Origin: Octopus sinensis
Lineage: Eukaryota
NCBI RefSeq assembly: GCF_006345805.1
Contig: NC_043001.1
Coordinates: forward strand, 27,404,001-27,468,000
Direction of reading: 5' to 3'
DNA length: 64,000 bases
Under the pieces are notes generated by a model. That model had not been told where the DNA came from. It worked only from the letters and a program-made list of their open reading frames with translations, and did not search any database. A program made the position numbers and the translations under genes. Each line of letters begins with the position of its first letter. Positions within the stretch are counted from its first letter, which is position 1. Shown in pieces: positions 63,962-64,000 of the stretch.

Positions 63962-64000
63962 ACCTATCCATTCTTGTTGCTTCTTTCTCGCTTATAATCA

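Larger units (their letters stand above)
63149..63996. mobile_element. Element with ~280 bp inverted arms, each carrying a hammerhead; probably Penelope-like inverted pLTRs
   Basis: 63149-63426 is the near-perfect reverse complement of 63716-63996; 290 bp spacer. Confidence 0.65.

Overview
AT-rich, repeat-dense eukaryotic genomic DNA. The repeat families and the (TA)n/(TATG)n/(CAT)n microsatellites suggest an octopus or other coleoid cephalopod (inference). Two spliced housekeeping genes sit head-to-head across a ~0.6 kb shared promoter. POLD3 is on the minus strand (8 coding exons, 17470->1028, continuing beyond the window start). LCMT1 is complete on the plus strand (6 coding exons, 18066-45135, 315 aa), with a GC-AG intron 2 and an inactivated partial duplicate of exon 3. 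The rest is tRNA-derived SINEs, RTE/CR1/RLE-type LINE fragments, Penelope-like remnants, non-autonomous Helitrons, mariner/Tc1/hAT/piggyBac-type MITEs and microsatellites. The most notable signal is a set of minimal type-I hammerhead ribozyme motifs from several unrelated repeat families, mostly in inverted or tandem arrangements. One family has a non-canonical GUGAACA core (compensatory G3:C8 swap). Most ORFs in the supplied track are spurious. All coordinates were read by eye, so repeat boundaries are approximate.
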